Notes: a model not told the origin generated them from the sequence alone. A stretch of 64,000 nt of DNA from Candidatus Bathyarchaeota archaeon (GCA_043826455.1 JBDRQD010000048.1:96001-160000), one strand, 5' to 3'. Shown: positions 1 to 10,347, numbered from the stretch's first letter. Numbers and translations: made by a program.

Positions 1-81
1 ATCTATTACCTGAGGGTCCCCGAGGAGTAGGGAACATTTTTAAACACAGCATTGATTTCAGCTAACGTTAGGAGGTTTCTG

Positions 82-588
82 ATGCCCTACTGCCCATCCT
101 GCGGAAAAGAGGTAAGCGAGGACGACGAGTTCTGCTCCAAGTGCCGTGCACCCCTTAATGAGCCCAGGCTCCGCCCGGTGAGGAGGCGCGACGAGAAGGA
201 CGAGAAAGATGAGAAGGACGAGAAGGATGAGAAGGACGAGAAACGGGAGGACGACCAGGCAGGAGCCCTGGTGGGCGGCCTCGTCGTAGTGTGGCTCGGG
301 GTCAGCTTCGCCCTCAGGAACCTAGGCTACTACCCGTGGGCCGACATGGGCGGCGTCTTCCTCCTGGGGCTGGGCGTAATACTCATACTGAGGGGCCTGT
401 GGGCCTACAGCAAGACAGGCGTCCTCGACCAGGGCTTCGGCTACATTATTGGCGGCGGCTTCGTGGCTCTCCTGGGCGCAGGGATCGTATACAACATCCG
501 GGACCTGTGGCCCTTCTTCATCATAGGCCTCGGTGCAGTACTGGTCCTCAGGGCCCTCATGGTCCGGGACCGGAACCCCCAGCCCTAG
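82..588 (+). CDS. zinc-ribbon domain membrane protein
   Basis: CPSC..CSKC N-terminus, (DEK)6 linker, four hydrophobic helices; GGAGG at 71-75 before ATG 82. Confidence 0.75.
   Translation: MPYCPSCGKEVSEDDEFCSKCRAPLNEPRLRPVRRRDEKDEKDEKDEKDEKDEKREDDQAGALVGGLVVVWLGVSFALRNLGYYPWADMGGVFLLGLGVILILRGLWAYSKTGVLDQGFGYIIGGGFVALLGAGIVYNIRDLWPFFIIGLGAVLVLRALMVRDRNPQP
190..243 (+). repeat. 9-bp coding tandem repeat GA(C/T)GAGAA(G/A) x6 encoding (DEK)6
   Basis: read directly from sequence. Confidence 0.9.
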
Positions 589-1682
589 AGAAACCAGCCG
601 AAGACGGCCCTGAAGAGCACGTGCTCCAGCACAGTCAGAGGCTTGTCCCTGCCGAATACCCTGAAGTAGTTCTTACCTGCGGCCTCAACCAGGTCGCCTA
701 TCAGGTACCTGGGGAACAAGGGTGTTGACACTATGAGCCTCCCCCACTCGCCACGCCTGATCTCGTGCAGCGGCTTCACTCCTCCGCGGGTCGCAACCTC
801 GAAAACGTAGAGGTCGTAGTTGGGCACCCAGTAGGGTAGCTCGTCCACCTGCTGGCCGAAGGCGCCCTCCGTGGCCGTGTACATCTCCACCACGGGGACG
901 CTCCCGTACATGTTCCTGAGGATGGGGGCGTACCTGGACTGGATTTTAGCCACGCTGGTGGTGTACACCACGTTCAGCCTCCACAGGTCTCGGGGAAGCA
1001 CGCCGTGGCGCCTCTTGACGTAGCGGGCGAACCCTGTCTGGACGGGGGCTACCCCCATCACCGTTACTATCTCCTCGTTTTTAACCCTTTGGTAGATGTA
1101 CTCGTACCGCCTCTCCCAGCCCTCCACGCTGAGCCCCGTCTCCAGGGCATCGATCTCCTCCTGCCTGGGGACCAACCGGAGCCCGGCCATCATGGGGTTC
1201 AGTTTAGCATAGGTGCCGGAGCTGAACCCGTACACCACCTCTCGGCCCCCATCCTCCATCACTTTCATGTTGCTGGGGAACTGGAGGTTGAGGACACCGC
1301 CCGCCAGGGTCTCCAAGCCGCCGTGGGTCATAGCGAAGCTGAGGACGGCCCTGGAGCCGCCCCTCACCAGGTGGTCCATGTGCTTAGGGGTGACGGGCAC
1401 CACCTTTGATGACCCCGTGGTGCCCCGGGTCATCACCCAGGTGATGGGCGCCTCGGAGAGAAGCGCCTCATGGTCGCCGTGCCTCACCCTCTCCAGCCAG
1501 GGCTCCAGGTCACGGTAGGAGGCCGCCGTGGCGCTGCTCCACTCGAAGTCTGCCCCGTACTCGGTTAACCTATAGTCTTCCTGAAGAGACTCCCTGAGGA
1601 TGCCCTGGGCATGTGCCGGGTCAGCCAGGCTCTTCCTCATGGCTTCAAGGTTGTCAGCTACTCTTCTGAGGGCTTCTTCCAT
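585..1682 (-). CDS. GH3 auxin-responsive promoter family (adenylate-forming) protein
   Basis: TRGTTGSSK P-loop-like motif, YTATEG and RYLIGDLV motifs typical of GH3. Confidence 0.75.
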   Translation of the reverse strand: MEEALRRVADNLEAMRKSLADPAHAQGILRESLQEDYRLTEYGADFEWSSATAASYRDLEPWLERVRHGDHEALLSEAPITWVMTRGTTGSSKVVPVTPKHMDHLVRGGSRAVLSFAMTHGGLETLAGGVLNLQFPSNMKVMEDGGREVVYGFSSGTYAKLNPMMAGLRLVPRQEEIDALETGLSVEGWERRYEYIYQRVKNEEIVTVMGVAPVQTGFARYVKRRHGVLPRDLWRLNVVYTTSVAKIQSRYAPILRNMYGSVPVVEMYTATEGAFGQQVDELPYWVPNYDLYVFEVATRGGVKPLHEIRRGEWGRLIVSTPLFPRYLIGDLVEAAGKNYFRVFGRDKPLTVLEHVLFRAVFGWFL

Positions 1683-1758
1683 TCCAAGACATAATGCAGG
1701 CCACACGTTTATTCCAATTACGATTCAGCTTAATAGCGGGGAAACCCACCTTCAATGT

Positions 1759-2502
1759 ATGAAGAGACAGTTCGTATTAACCGTAGCCGAGTCAAAGCGG
1801 CTGATAGCCAAGGCCGTGGCGGCCCTACCCGAGGTGCAGAGGGCCATGAAAGAAGGAACCGTCGTCGTGGCGACGGGCACCACCAACGCCTACGTGCTCG
1901 AGGAGCTCTGGGGCAAGAGGATCGATAAACGCTGCTACAGGAGCGGCATCACCACCCCCGATGAGCCCGAGAAGAGCCCCCAGCCCCAGGGGGAGAAGAT
2001 ACCCGACGTGGTCTTCGTGAAGGGCAAGGTGGAGCCCAAGTACGACCGCGTCACCGCGGTAAAAGACATGAAGAAGGGGGACATCTACATCAAGGGCGCC
2101 AACGTCCTGGACTACCTTGGCAACATGGCCGGCATCCTCATAGGGGGCATGGACGGCGCCACCATCGGTAACACCCTGGGCCACATCATCGGCAAGCAGA
2201 TCAACCTTATAATCCCCATAGGCTTGGAGAAGCTCAGCTACGAGGACATCAACGAGCTCTACATGCTGGCCAGCGACGAGGACTACGAGGGCCCCAGAAT
2301 GTGGCCCCTCACGGGCACCATCATCACCGAGATCGAGGCCCTGGGCATCCTCACAGGCGTGGACGCATACCTGTACTCAGCAGGGGGCGTAGCGGGCGCC
2401 GAGGGCGCGGTACGGCTCCTTGTGGAGGGCGCTGACGAGGAGGTCGAGGAGACCCTGGAACTTGTCAAGTCCATCAAAGGCGAGCCCCGATACCTCCTGT
2501 AA
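1759..2502 (+). CDS. conserved hypothetical protein (CoA-transferase/NagB-like fold possible)
   Basis: long ORF with host codon usage; LTVAESKRLIAKAV, GTTNAY, KGAN, PIGLEK, AGGVAGAEG motifs. Confidence 0.6.
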   Translation: MKRQFVLTVAESKRLIAKAVAALPEVQRAMKEGTVVVATGTTNAYVLEELWGKRIDKRCYRSGITTPDEPEKSPQPQGEKIPDVVFVKGKVEPKYDRVTAVKDMKKGDIYIKGANVLDYLGNMAGILIGGMDGATIGNTLGHIIGKQINLIIPIGLEKLSYEDINELYMLASDEDYEGPRMWPLTGTIITEIEALGILTGVDAYLYSAGGVAGAEGAVRLLVEGADEEVEETLELVKSIKGEPRYLL

Positions 2503-2506
2503 CACC

Positions 2507-3331
2507 ATGCGCCTGAGAGAAACAACCCACTATTTTCTACAGAGGCACAACATCAAGGTAGACCCTTCCCTGGACGAGCAGCAGCTGGTGGACGAGGCCG
2601 CTGTGGCCAAGCTAGTGGCCTCAGCCATGATAGAGCCCGGGGATACAGTGGTTGAAGTGGGGCCGGGCCTGGGGAACATAACCGAGGCTCTACTCTCGGC
2701 CGCCGGAAGAGTGATCGCCGTGGAGAAGAACCCAAAGTACATCCCAGCGCTCCTGGACCGGTTCAGGGGCTCGACGAAGCTGGAGATAATCACCGGGGAC
2801 GCTCTGAAGATAAGTTACCCTAGGCACGATCGTCTGGTCTCAAACCTACCATACATGATAAGTGAGGCCATGATACAGATGCTTCCCCGCCTCAGTTTTA
2901 GGGCAGCCGCCTTCATAGTGCCGGAGGGCTTCGGCCACAGGGTCACTGCGGGTGTGGGCGTCGCCGGCTACACGAAGCTATCGTATGTGACCCAACTATA
3001 TTTCACGGTAAACAAGGTTGATGAGGTGCTGCCCGATGCTTACATACCCGAGCCCGGGACATCCACTTGGATCGTATCTTTGAAGCCAAGAGAGCCCGAG
3101 ACGATGGTGGAGCAGGTGATGCGTGAGCTTCTGTTACAGGGCGACAAGCTTGTCAAGAACGGTCTCAGGGAAGCCCTGATACGGGCTGGGTGCTGTGAGA
3201 CTAAGCGGCAGGCAAGGTTCAAGATGGCTCACACAGCTATGCCGGACAGGGTCTGGGGTAAGAGCGTCTCTAGGCTTTCACTTAGGGATCTGATAAAAAT
3301 GGAGGAGGCTTTAGGCCTCATCCTTCAATGA
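2507..3331 (+). CDS. ksgA: rRNA adenine dimethyltransferase (KsgA/Dim1 family)
   Basis: VVEVGPGLG SAM motif, VSNLPY motif IV. Confidence 0.75.
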   Translation: MRLRETTHYFLQRHNIKVDPSLDEQQLVDEAAVAKLVASAMIEPGDTVVEVGPGLGNITEALLSAAGRVIAVEKNPKYIPALLDRFRGSTKLEIITGDALKISYPRHDRLVSNLPYMISEAMIQMLPRLSFRAAAFIVPEGFGHRVTAGVGVAGYTKLSYVTQLYFTVNKVDEVLPDAYIPEPGTSTWIVSLKPREPETMVEQVMRELLLQGDKLVKNGLREALIRAGCCETKRQARFKMAHTAMPDRVWGKSVSRLSLRDLIKMEEALGLILQ

Positions 3332-3716
3332 AGGCCTGCCCCACCTCGTCCCAGATACCGTCCAAGACCAAACCCACGACTCTGTTATTGATGACATAGG
3401 CTTCAGCCACGTGGCGGGTTACCACCTGTAAGAGCATCTGTCCTGAACGGTTACCGTAGCTGCTGTGGCCGCACTCGAACTCCAGGCAGACGAGGTGCCC
3501 GTCGCCGAGGCGCTGGACAGTCTTCACCTGCACGGATTCCTTAAACCCGTCGAACATGAAGGTGGGTGACACCACGAGGTGGTTATATGCGGCGGATGCC
3601 GCCTTGTCCTCAGCCGCTCTCCGCTGGGTCCTCTGCCACGCTGAGATGGTTAGGACCGGTAGACACATGGCCGTTACGACGAAGGCCACCAGTAGCACGT
3701 TTACCTGCTTCGACAT
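3318..3716 (-). CDS. hypothetical membrane-anchored/secreted protein
   Basis: N-terminal hydrophobic helix; SPTFMFDG and YGNRSGQMLLQVVTRH segments. Confidence 0.6.
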   Translation of the reverse strand: MSKQVNVLLVAFVVTAMCLPVLTISAWQRTQRRAAEDKAASAAYNHLVVSPTFMFDGFKESVQVKTVQRLGDGHLVCLEFECGHSSYGNRSGQMLLQVVTRHVAEAYVINNRVVGLVLDGIWDEVGQAFIEG

Positions 3717-3848
3717 ACCCTATCGAGGTATGCTTATCCCTGGTCAAAGATAATCCCAGGGAATAGATCAGTCGTTCAACTCCATGGAACGCCGGGTAAT
3801 GATTTATACCGCCGCCATACGGTTAAAGGGATTCACCGGGGTGATTTT

Positions 3849-5108
3849 TTGGAGGTGAGGCGCAGGTTGGGGGAAGTCTTCTACGGGTACTGGATACTCC
3901 TAGGGGCCGTCATCCTCCACGCCCTAGACTCCGGCATGTACTTCTACGGCTTCAGCGTCTTCTACACACCCCTCCGGGAGGAGTTCGGCTGGAGCAACAC
4001 CGTCGTCTCAGGCGCTGTAAGCTTCTCCCGCCTCGAAGGGGGCTTGGAGGGGCCCGTCGTGGGGTACCTGATAGACAAATATGGGGCTCGGAAGCTCCTA
4101 GCGGTAGGTGCCTTCCTCACCGGCTTAGGCTTCATAGCCATGCTCCGGGTGGACAGCGTCTGGATGTTGTACCTGATCTACGGGGGCGTCCTAAGCGTAG
4201 GATACAACACGGGGTTCAGCCATAGCCTGGCCACCATCATCAACCAGTGGTTCATCAGGAAGAGGAGCCGCGCCATGAGCATCTACGCCATGGCAGCCGG
4301 CCTCGGCGGCGCCATCATAGTGCCCCTACTGGCTAAATCCATAGCCATGAACGGGTGGAGGATGACCGCCGTATACTGTGGGATAACCTTCTGGATTGCG
4401 GGTCTAACCCTGGCTCTCATCTTCAGGGACAAGCCTGAGGACATGGGGCTGCTCCCCGACGGAGACACCCTCCTTATGAGCGCCGACACGGGCTCAGGGC
4501 TGACTAACCGCAAAGCTGAGGCCGAGTTCACCACGAAACAGGCTTTATCGTCCCCCACCTTCAGGTGGCTGCTTCTAGGGGAGTCCTTCCGCAGCTTCCT
4601 ATTGGGCTCCATAGTGCTCCACCAGATACCTCACCTGGTGTCCATAGGCATCAACCAGGAGACAGCGGCCTCCATACTAGGCCTCATGATCCTCATCAGC
4701 ATAGCCGGGCGCCTTGTCTTCGGCACCATGGGGGACTTCGTGAACAAGAGGCTGCTCCTCTCAGCCACCATGATACTCCAAGCTATAGGCGTCCTGGTCT
4801 TCGCTTACGCGTCCAGCGTCGTCCACGTGTACGCGTTCGTCATCGTATACGGCCTCGCCTACGGAGGTGCCATCCCTCTTCTGATGGCCTTCAGGGGAGA
4901 ACTCTTTGGCCGCAAAAGGTTCGCCACAATATCGGGTATGATGGCTCCCTTCAAGATGATCGGGAACGTGGGCGGCCCCATATTCGCCGGCTACGTCTTC
5001 GACGTCACGGGGAGCTATAGGCTGGCCTTCCTGTCCTTCGTTCTGCTCGCTGCTCTATCCGCGGCTTCCTTCTTCATGGTGAAGTCAGATACAATAAACC
5101 CGCTCTAG
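3849..5108 (+). CDS. MFS transporter
   Basis: about 12 TM helices, GYLIDKYGAR motif A. Confidence 0.9.
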   Translation: MEVRRRLGEVFYGYWILLGAVILHALDSGMYFYGFSVFYTPLREEFGWSNTVVSGAVSFSRLEGGLEGPVVGYLIDKYGARKLLAVGAFLTGLGFIAMLRVDSVWMLYLIYGGVLSVGYNTGFSHSLATIINQWFIRKRSRAMSIYAMAAGLGGAIIVPLLAKSIAMNGWRMTAVYCGITFWIAGLTLALIFRDKPEDMGLLPDGDTLLMSADTGSGLTNRKAEAEFTTKQALSSPTFRWLLLGESFRSFLLGSIVLHQIPHLVSIGINQETAASILGLMILISIAGRLVFGTMGDFVNKRLLLSATMILQAIGVLVFAYASSVVHVYAFVIVYGLAYGGAIPLLMAFRGELFGRKRFATISGMMAPFKMIGNVGGPIFAGYVFDVTGSYRLAFLSFVLLAALSAASFFMVKSDTINPL

Positions 5109-5156
5109 TATGCAAAAAGTAGATATCTGTGAGCCCGTTTATCCATATTGGTACAG

Positions 5157-5402
5157 ATGAAGGCGTTCGTTCTATTAAACACAGAGCTAGGGCAGGAGGC
5201 GTCCATCACTGAGGCTCTCGAAGGCGTGAAGGAGATCATAGGGATTCACAGTCTCTACGGTATCTACGACCTCATCATCGAGATGGAGGCGGAGAGTATG
5301 GACAGGGTCAAGGAGATAGTCTTCAACAAGGTTAGGCGCCTGGAGCACGTGAAGAGCACCATAACGCTTCTGACCTACGGTGAACCAATAATCAACGAGT
5401 AA
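5157..5402 (+). CDS. stand-alone Lrp/AsnC ligand-binding (RAM) domain protein
   Basis: MKAFVLLN..LYGIYDLI..VKSTITL pattern. Confidence 0.85.
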   Translation: MKAFVLLNTELGQEASITEALEGVKEIIGIHSLYGIYDLIIEMEAESMDRVKEIVFNKVRRLEHVKSTITLLTYGEPIINE

Positions 5403-5569
5403 CCACCCACCCCTTCTTTCAGGATACAATAAAACAAAATATTGTTCCCTCATGGTTTGATTGAGGGCCAGAGACTTGTAAAAAGAACCCCCCTTCACAA
5501 AATCTCTGGCTTCCTCAAAAAATGGGATACAGTTTTATGCAACACCCCGTAACAGACACGTGAACTGAA

Positions 5570-6640
5570 ATGAGTAACTCAGGAATGGGCTTCGGGGGCT
5601 TCCTCCTGGGGCTCGGAGGAGGCTGGTACTTCTTCAGGTACATCGACGCCTCCCTGGACATCATAAGCTACGTCTTGGTCCTCATGGGGGCAGGCATCAT
5701 CATCAACGCCCTATTATCCCAAGGAGGCAGACGCAACCCCCTGCAGGGCCTATTCGGAGGCATGATCGGCGGCCTATTCCTGGCCCTGTTCTTCACGCAG
5801 GGATTCGCCATCTTTGAGAGCATAGGTGAAGGCTTCGGTACAGTTGGCTCCAATTACCGGATACAGGAGACAGAAACTCTCACGGGGGACGTTGACCTCC
5901 AGAAGCTGTACCTTGAGATCGACAACAAAAACGGGGGGATTACGGTGGAGACCTGGGACCAGCCCGGGTACCAAATTGACCTGACAATGAAGGCAAAGGG
6001 AGCTTCTGACAGGCAGGCGCAGGAAAACCTTGACAAGGTACAGATATGGTTCTCTGACAACGACCTGGCTGGCACACAGAGGCTTTCATTGGAGTTCACG
6101 GTGCCAGGGGATAACTGGAGCAACTACGCTATAACCGTGAGCGCGAAGGTTCCCGAGGGCGTGGTCTTGGACCTCGACGTAACTACCAGCAATGGGGAGA
6201 TAGTTCTCACAGACGTGTCAGGCAGAGACATGGTGCTGCACACCAGCAACGGCAGAATGACCCTGGACAAGATGTACGCCGAGACAATCAGAGGCTCCAC
6301 AAGCAACGGAAGGATAAGCGGTGAGGTGGAGGCCTCCATCGTCGACCTGTCCACCAGCAACGGCTCCATTGACCTCACCATACCCGCAACCAGGAGCGGC
6401 GACTACGCGCTGGACACCAGCAACGGCTCCATAGACCTAACACTACCCAAGTCCACCAACATAGGCTACGACATTAACCTGAGCACCAGCCTGGGCTCAG
6501 TGAACGTGGACCTCCCCACCCTGTCCTACACCATCAACGAGAGTCGAAGGAAGGTGGCATCCACGGACGGGTACCTAGGCAAGGAGATCCAGGTGAAGAT
6601 CGCCGCGAAGACCAGCATAGGCAGCATCGAGATCAACTAG
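5570..6640 (+). CDS. membrane protein with DUF4097-type beta-strand repeats
   Basis: N-terminal TM helices; repeated TSNG(S/E/R)I motifs. Confidence 0.8.
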   Translation: MSNSGMGFGGFLLGLGGGWYFFRYIDASLDIISYVLVLMGAGIIINALLSQGGRRNPLQGLFGGMIGGLFLALFFTQGFAIFESIGEGFGTVGSNYRIQETETLTGDVDLQKLYLEIDNKNGGITVETWDQPGYQIDLTMKAKGASDRQAQENLDKVQIWFSDNDLAGTQRLSLEFTVPGDNWSNYAITVSAKVPEGVVLDLDVTTSNGEIVLTDVSGRDMVLHTSNGRMTLDKMYAETIRGSTSNGRISGEVEASIVDLSTSNGSIDLTIPATRSGDYALDTSNGSIDLTLPKSTNIGYDINLSTSLGSVNVDLPTLSYTINESRRKVASTDGYLGKEIQVKIAAKTSIGSIEIN

Positions 6641-7473
6641 ACCTGGCACACGGGGCACAGGTACACGGTGCCCCCTCCGTGCTTAAGCCCCTCTATCTCA
6701 GCACCGCATATGGGGCATGCAGATCCCTTCATATTTGGTCCCATCCTAGGAGAGTAGCCTCCGCGCCTGCCGTGGAGATCCACGAACTCGTCCTTGCCCC
6801 CGAGCCACAGCCTCTCCTCAACTAAGCCCTTCACGGCGTTGAACAGACCCTCGGCCTCCGAGGCGCTCAGGGACGAGGCCTTCCTCTTGGGGTGTAGCCC
6901 AGCCCTGTAGATGACGTCCTGGAAAGCGCTGTTGCTGAGGCCCACCAGAACAGCGTCCTTCCCCACCAGGACCTGCTTGAGTCCACGGTTTAGCCGAGAC
7001 AGCGTCTCAGAGAACCACTCCGATGCGAAGGCGTCTTCGAGGGGGGACACGCCGGTGAGGAAGTCCCTCCTATAACTGTAAGACTTTTCCAGATCCCTGT
7101 CCCTGACCGCGAGTATCAGCCCCATGCTTGTGAGCCTCACAGTGAGGACGCTGTCGTCGTCGAAACCCATACGCAGATGCGACTTCTCCAGCTCGTCACC
7201 GGCCTCACCGAGGAGCACCACGCCTCCGTACTCTGGAGCGATGAGCAGGTTCACCCCCTCATCCAAGTCAACCCTAACCGTGTTACCCCTGGAAGCAACG
7301 TCCTCAACAGCCCTTCCCACGAGCCACTGGAACTCCTCCACATTCCTGTTGACGAACCCTATCCTCTGGAGCTTCTCGCAGTCGCTGAGGGTGACCGATT
7401 TGACTACCCGGCCCCGCAGCACCGTCCTCATCTGCTCCGCCAGGATGTAGGCCTCGGGGAGCTCGACGCTCAT
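6637..7473 (-). CDS. Fpg/Nei DNA glycosylase-like protein (catalytically divergent)
   Basis: ELPE N-terminal motif, H2TH-like GLSN..IYRAGLHP, C-terminal CPIC..CPVCQ zinc finger. Confidence 0.8.
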   Translation of the reverse strand: MSVELPEAYILAEQMRTVLRGRVVKSVTLSDCEKLQRIGFVNRNVEEFQWLVGRAVEDVASRGNTVRVDLDEGVNLLIAPEYGGVVLLGEAGDELEKSHLRMGFDDDSVLTVRLTSMGLILAVRDRDLEKSYSYRRDFLTGVSPLEDAFASEWFSETLSRLNRGLKQVLVGKDAVLVGLSNSAFQDVIYRAGLHPKRKASSLSASEAEGLFNAVKGLVEERLWLGGKDEFVDLHGRRGGYSPRMGPNMKGSACPICGAEIEGLKHGGGTVYLCPVCQV

Positions 7474-7637
7474 GGAAATGACTTTAGATGTGCCCTAGTT
7501 ATGGGTTTCTAGGCCGCGGCTGCGCCCTTTATAAGTCATCTGTCGCCTCGGAAAGGGTAATGTCTCAGCCCGGTCTAACATAACGTTTTAATAAGATGTG
7601 TCAACTAACCCCTAGTCACTGACAAGGAGATCTCATA

Positions 7638-8096
7638 ATGTCCAGAGAATTCAACTACATTGTCAGGCTCCACGGCACCAACATAGATGGTACTAAGATG
7701 GTGCCCTATGCCATCACTGAGGTTAAGGGTGTAGGCATAAGACTCGCTCGCAGCATTGTAAAGCAGTTGGAGCTTGACGCTACTGAGAGACTCGGCACCC
7801 TAAGCGACGCGGACGTCAGGCGCCTCGAAGAGGCCATAGACGACCCGTCCAGCGTGGGGCTGCCAACCTGGATGCTCAACAGGCGTAAGGACCCCATGAC
7901 GGGGAAGGACCTCCACCTGCTGGCATCCGACCTAGACCTCAGGGTCAAGGACGACGTAGACCTCATGAGGGAGACCAGGAGCTGGAAGGGCGAGCGCCAC
8001 GCCCGCGGCCTCAAGGTCCGTGGACAGCACACCAAGACCACGGGCAGGACCGGCCGAAGCGTGGGCGTAAGCAAGAAACAGCAGCAACAGAGGTAG
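7638..8096 (+). CDS. rps13: 30S ribosomal protein uS13
   Basis: VKGVGIRLA, WMLNRRKD, RHARGLKVRGQHTKTTGR. Confidence 0.97.
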   Translation: MSREFNYIVRLHGTNIDGTKMVPYAITEVKGVGIRLARSIVKQLELDATERLGTLSDADVRRLEEAIDDPSSVGLPTWMLNRRKDPMTGKDLHLLASDLDLRVKDDVDLMRETRSWKGERHARGLKVRGQHTKTTGRTGRSVGVSKKQQQQR

Positions 8097-8103
8097 ATGA
8101 CCC

Positions 8104-8658
8104 ATGGGTGACCCAAAGAAGAAGCATAAGCGGTTTACTACCCCCAGGGTGCCCTACGACACCGAGGCCCTCACGGAGGAGCTGCGCATCATAGGTGCAT
8201 ACGGTCTCAGGAACAAGAGGGAGCTGTGGAAGGCGCACACCGAGCTGTCCACCCTCCGAGGCAGGGCGAGGGACCTCCTGAGCCTGGGGCTCGAGGAGAG
8301 AGAAATAAGGGAGGCCAACCTGATCGCCAAACTCTACAAGAGGGGGCTGGTGATGGAGAGCAGCCGCCTAGAGGACGTCCTGACGCTGAGTGTCGAGGAT
8401 CTGCTGGAACGGAGACTCCAGACTTACATATTAAGGAGAGGGTTGGCCCAAAGCCTGTTCCAGGCGAGGCAGCTCATCTCCCACGGCCACATAGAGATCA
8501 ATGGCAGGAAGGTGACCTCCCCCAGCTACCAGGTGCGGATCGAGGACGAGCAGACCCTGGACTACGCCAAGTCCAGCCCCATGAGGAGCACGGACCACCC
8601 CCTCAGGAGGGACTTGGAGGTGGAGGGGGCGATAGCGGAGGAGAAGTCCCATGAGTGA
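8104..8658 (+). CDS. rps4: 30S ribosomal protein uS4
   Basis: [33 protein letters not shown]. Confidence 0.97.
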   Translation: MGDPKKKHKRFTTPRVPYDTEALTEELRIIGAYGLRNKRELWKAHTELSTLRGRARDLLSLGLEEREIREANLIAKLYKRGLVMESSRLEDVLTLSVEDLLERRLQTYILRRGLAQSLFQARQLISHGHIEINGRKVTSPSYQVRIEDEQTLDYAKSSPMRSTDHPLRRDLEVEGAIAEEKSHE

Positions 8659-9043
8659 AGGAGAAAGGTGGGCCATAGTCCACATCTTTAGCAGCTTCAA
8701 CAACACCCTAATCCACATGACCGACCTCACCGGCGCCGAGACCCTCGGCATAGCCAGCGGCGGCATGTTCGTCAAGGCCGACAGGCTCAAGCCCAGCCCC
8801 TACGCCGCCATGAAGGCCGCGCAGCACATCGCCGACATAGCCAGGGACAAGGGCGTCAACGCCATCCACATCAAGGTGCGGGCCCCGGGAGGCACAGGGA
8901 GCAAGACCCCCGGCCCCGGAGCCCAGTCAGCTATCCGTATACTGGCCAGGAGCGGCTTCAGGATCGGCAGGATCGAGGAGACGACGCCTATCCCCCACGA
9001 CGGCACTAGGAAGCCGGGTGGCAGGAGAGGCAGAAGGCCATAG
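8651..9043 (+). CDS. rps11: 30S ribosomal protein uS11
   Basis: [38 protein letters not shown]. Confidence 0.97.
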   Translation: MSEGERWAIVHIFSSFNNTLIHMTDLTGAETLGIASGGMFVKADRLKPSPYAAMKAAQHIADIARDKGVNAIHIKVRAPGGTGSKTPGPGAQSAIRILARSGFRIGRIEETTPIPHDGTRKPGGRRGRRP

Positions 9044-9061
9044 GAGACCGGTGGGGAAACC

Positions 9062-10003
9062 TTGAAGACAAAGATAGTTAGCCTGACCGAGGACACCATC
9101 AGGTTCCTGCTGGAGGGCGTGGACGTAGCCTTCGCCAACGCGCTGCGGAGGACCATGGTCTCAGAGGTCCCCATCATGACCATAGACGACATCTTCTACT
9201 TCGACAACTCCAGCCTGGTCCCAGACGAGTTGCTGGCTCACAGGATTGGGCTTGTGCCCCTCAAGACGAACCTGGACGTCTACGTGCTGCCGGAGGACTG
9301 CGACTGCAACGCTGAGCTGGGGTGCCCCAAGTGCAGGGCCGTCCTAACCATGGACGTGGAGGCCACCGACGACAACGTCACCGTCTACAGCGGAGACCTT
9401 GTCTCGGAGGACACCTCCGTGGCCCCAGCCTCACCCAGGATACCCCTGGCGAAGCTTGCGCCAGGCCAGGCCATCAAGTTCGAGGCCTACGCCCAGCTAG
9501 GGCAGGGCAAAATCCACGTCAAGTGGAGCCCCGTCAGCATGTGCGTGTACCAGAACGTGGCCCTGGTCCCGGGAAAGGACAAGGCCTCCATGCAGGCATG
9601 CGTGGACGCCTGCGGAGCCGCGGCAGCCGCCGTGGAGGGCGACAGCCTCAAGGTCATCGACATCCAGGGGTTCGAGAGCTGTAAAAATTGCAGTGACTTG
9701 GTGACCCACCAGGAGATCATGGACAACCTGAAGCCAGACGAGTTCCTGTTCACGGTGGAGAGCAACGGGGCCCTGCGGCCAGAGCGCATCGTCCAGGAGG
9801 CAGTCAAGGTGCTCAAGCGGAAGCTCAGCGGTCTATCCGAGAAGGTGGCCTCCGGGGAGCTCCACGACGAGATAAGAGACTTCGAGACTCCTGAGCTCGA
9901 TGAGGGTAAGCTCTACAGCGTGGGCTCAGGAGACTACGACGAGGAGGACGAGGAGGGCGGTGGAGGAGAGGATGAGGAATTCGCGGGAGATGTAGAGGAA
10001 TGA
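9062..10003 (+). CDS. rpoD: DNA-directed RNA polymerase subunit D (Rpo3)
   Basis: FANALRR, LAHRIGLVPL, GQGKIHVKWSP; conserved position after rps11. Confidence 0.95.
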   Translation: MKTKIVSLTEDTIRFLLEGVDVAFANALRRTMVSEVPIMTIDDIFYFDNSSLVPDELLAHRIGLVPLKTNLDVYVLPEDCDCNAELGCPKCRAVLTMDVEATDDNVTVYSGDLVSEDTSVAPASPRIPLAKLAPGQAIKFEAYAQLGQGKIHVKWSPVSMCVYQNVALVPGKDKASMQACVDACGAAAAAVEGDSLKVIDIQGFESCKNCSDLVTHQEIMDNLKPDEFLFTVESNGALRPERIVQEAVKVLKRKLSGLSEKVASGELHDEIRDFETPELDEGKLYSVGSGDYDEEDEEGGGGEDEEFAGDVEE

Positions 10004-10347
10004 TTAACAGACAACTGGTAGACACAATACAGGCACTGGAGAAGGCCTCAGAGGAGACGGGTAAAGCCATCTGGGGGGCCCTGGCAGAGGAGCTGGACAG
10101 GTCCAAGCGGAGAAGGGTCTCCGTGAACCTGAGTAGCATCGACAGGCACACCCAGGAAGGCGACGTGGTCGCCGTACCCGGCAAGGTGCTGGCCGCGGGC
10201 AGCCTCAGCAAGGCCGTCAAGGTGGCGGCCTTCAGCTTCAGCGTGGGCGCCTTGGCGAAGATCAGGGCGGCTGAGGGTGAGGCCATGAGCCTAACCGATC
10301 TCCTAGAGGCGGGCGTAGAGCCCAGCCAGATCAGGATCATGAAGTAG
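10000..10347 (+). CDS. rpl18e: 50S ribosomal protein eL18
   Basis: VNLSSIDR, VVAVPGKVLAAG, AAFSFS. Confidence 0.95.
   Translation: MINRQLVDTIQALEKASEETGKAIWGALAEELDRSKRRRVSVNLSSIDRHTQEGDVVAVPGKVLAAGSLSKAVKVAAFSFSVGALAKIRAAEGEAMSLTDLLEAGVEPSQIRIMK

Noticed and set aside
190..243. (DEK)6 repeat as a phase-variation locus
   Set aside because: In-frame 9-bp unit with synonymous variation; a charged linker.
5522..5563. Mini-ORF MGYSFMQHPVTDT resembling the ilvB uORF start
   Set aside because: No SD, no hairpin pair, unrelated downstream gene; its TTTTAT is better explained as that gene's TATA box.
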